Assembly (NCBI GenBank): GCA_963845185.1
Contig: CAWJRG010000009.1
Span: 192,001-256,000 of the forward strand
Origin: an uncultured bacterium
GTDB taxonomy: Bacteria > Oederibacteriota > PGYV01 > CAWJRG01
Direction of reading: 5' to 3'
Length of the DNA stretch: 64,000 nucleotides
Part shown: positions 63,082-64,000 of the stretch, piece after piece
How positions within the stretch are numbered: position 1 is the first letter of the stretch
How the letters are laid out: each line of letters opens with the position of its first letter
Translations under genes and position numbers: made by a program
The notes under the pieces: generated by a model
What the model saw: only the letters and a program-made list of their open reading frames with translations
What the model was told of the DNA's origin: nothing
Databases searched by the model: none

Positions 63082-64000
63082 ATGTATATATTGGGCATTG
63101 AGACTTCCTGCGACGAAACGTCGGCGGCAATTATTAAAGACGGCAAGATAATTTCAAACATTATTTTTTCGCAGATAGATACGCACAAAATTTTCGGGGG
63201 CGTGGTGCCTGAATTAGCTGCAAGGGAACATTTGAGCAAATTACCTGCAGTGATAGACGGGGCATTAAAAAAAGCCAAAATTAAAATGAAAGATATTGGA
63301 TCAATAGCCGTTACATACGGCCCGGGCCTTGCAGGTTCTCTCATAGTGGGGCTGTCATACGCAAAGGCGCTTGCTTATTCTTTGAAAATCAATTATATAG
63401 GAGTCAACCACCTCGAAGCACATTTACTGAGCCCGTTCCTGGAATATGATGATTTTGATTTCCCGTTTATCGGCATGGTTGTCTCAGGCGGGCATACCAA
63501 TATTTATGTAGCAAAAGCACTGGGAGAGTATGAATTAATAGGCAGCACAAGGGACGATGCGGCTGGCGAGGCTTTTGACAAGGTGGCAAAAATGCTAGGG
63601 CTTGAATACCCGGGCGGCCCGTCGATAAGCAAGGCAGCCCTGCGCGGCAATGCGGAAAAAATTGTCTTTCCGCAGGCATTCATGAAAGATAAAAGTTTTG
63701 ATTTTTCGTTTTCTGGCGTAAAAACATCGGTTTTATATTACATTGACAGAAACAGGGAAAAGATAAAAAAAGGAGAAATTACGGCCAATGATATAGCCGC
63801 GGCTTTTCAAAAAGCCGTTGTAAGGACGCTTGTGAATAAAATAAAAAGGGTTTATAAAATTTACAGGATGAATAAAATAGCGCTGACAGGCGGCGTTGCG
63901 GCAAATAAATTTTTAAAAGATGAAATCAATAATTTCGTAAAAGACAGGGATGTGAAGGTATATATTCCATCACCGGTTTTATGCACGGATAACGCGGCTA
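63082..64000 (+). CDS. tsaD: tRNA threonylcarbamoyltransferase TsaD (3'-partial; absent from the ORF track)
   Basis: MYILGIETSCDET, GGVVPELAAREH, NHLEAH, VSGGHT, DDAAGEAFDK, CTDNAA. Confidence 0.97.
   Translation, partial: MYILGIETSCDETSAAIIKDGKIISNIIFSQIDTHKIFGGVVPELAAREHLSKLPAVIDGALKKAKIKMKDIGSIAVTYGPGLAGSLIVGLSYAKALAYSLKINYIGVNHLEAHLLSPFLEYDDFDFPFIGMVVSGGHTNIYVAKALGEYELIGSTRDDAAGEAFDKVAKMLGLEYPGGPSISKAALRGNAEKIVFPQAFMKDKSFDFSFSGVKTSVLYYIDRNREKIKKGEITANDIAAAFQKAVVRTLVNKIKRVYKIYRMNKIALTGGVAANKFLKDEINNFVKDRDVKVYIPSPVLCTDNAA

Overview
Chromosomal window from a diderm bacterium (TonB-dependent receptor, beta-barrel proteins, LPS heptose epimerase) that uses Firmicute-style RNA regulation (PyrR attenuator, L20 leader). 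Thr/Pro-linked secreted proteins with 'IYT..FR.V'-type tails suggest a candidate phylum such as Goldbacteria, but this is inference only. Almost all genes are on the + strand. Core blocks: mutL-miaA, a cobalamin-riboswitch B12 salvage/uptake operon, mreBCD-mrdA-rodA-rng, hldD, pta-ackA, infC-rpmI-rplT, pyrR-B-C-carA-carB-pyrK-pyrD, ctpA and tsaD. The most notable accessory content is a set of possibly linked secretion parts. (1) Two large secreted proteins built from Cys-flanked NHL beta-propellers, Thr/Pro-rich linkers and T9SS-type C-terminal domains; one carries a papain-like peptidase whose putative prodomain is a separate secreted gene. (2) A PorV/FadL-like TPR barrel. (3) A GT-C(PA14)/GT2/flippase/cyclophilin operon that could glycosylate such linkers. 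(4) An AT-rich island with a truncated MNT-HEPN pair joined to an orphan Rhs C-terminus, a TPR gene and shuffled secreted-domain cassettes. Non-coding content includes GTAG- and CGTC-type REP palindromes, several heptamer arrays and an unexplained ~100-nt two-hairpin element present twice, each time just before a ribosome-binding site. Five single-base frameshifts, four in homopolymers and one in essential mrdA, suggest long-read indel errors. No CRISPR, rRNA, tRNA or transposase was seen.
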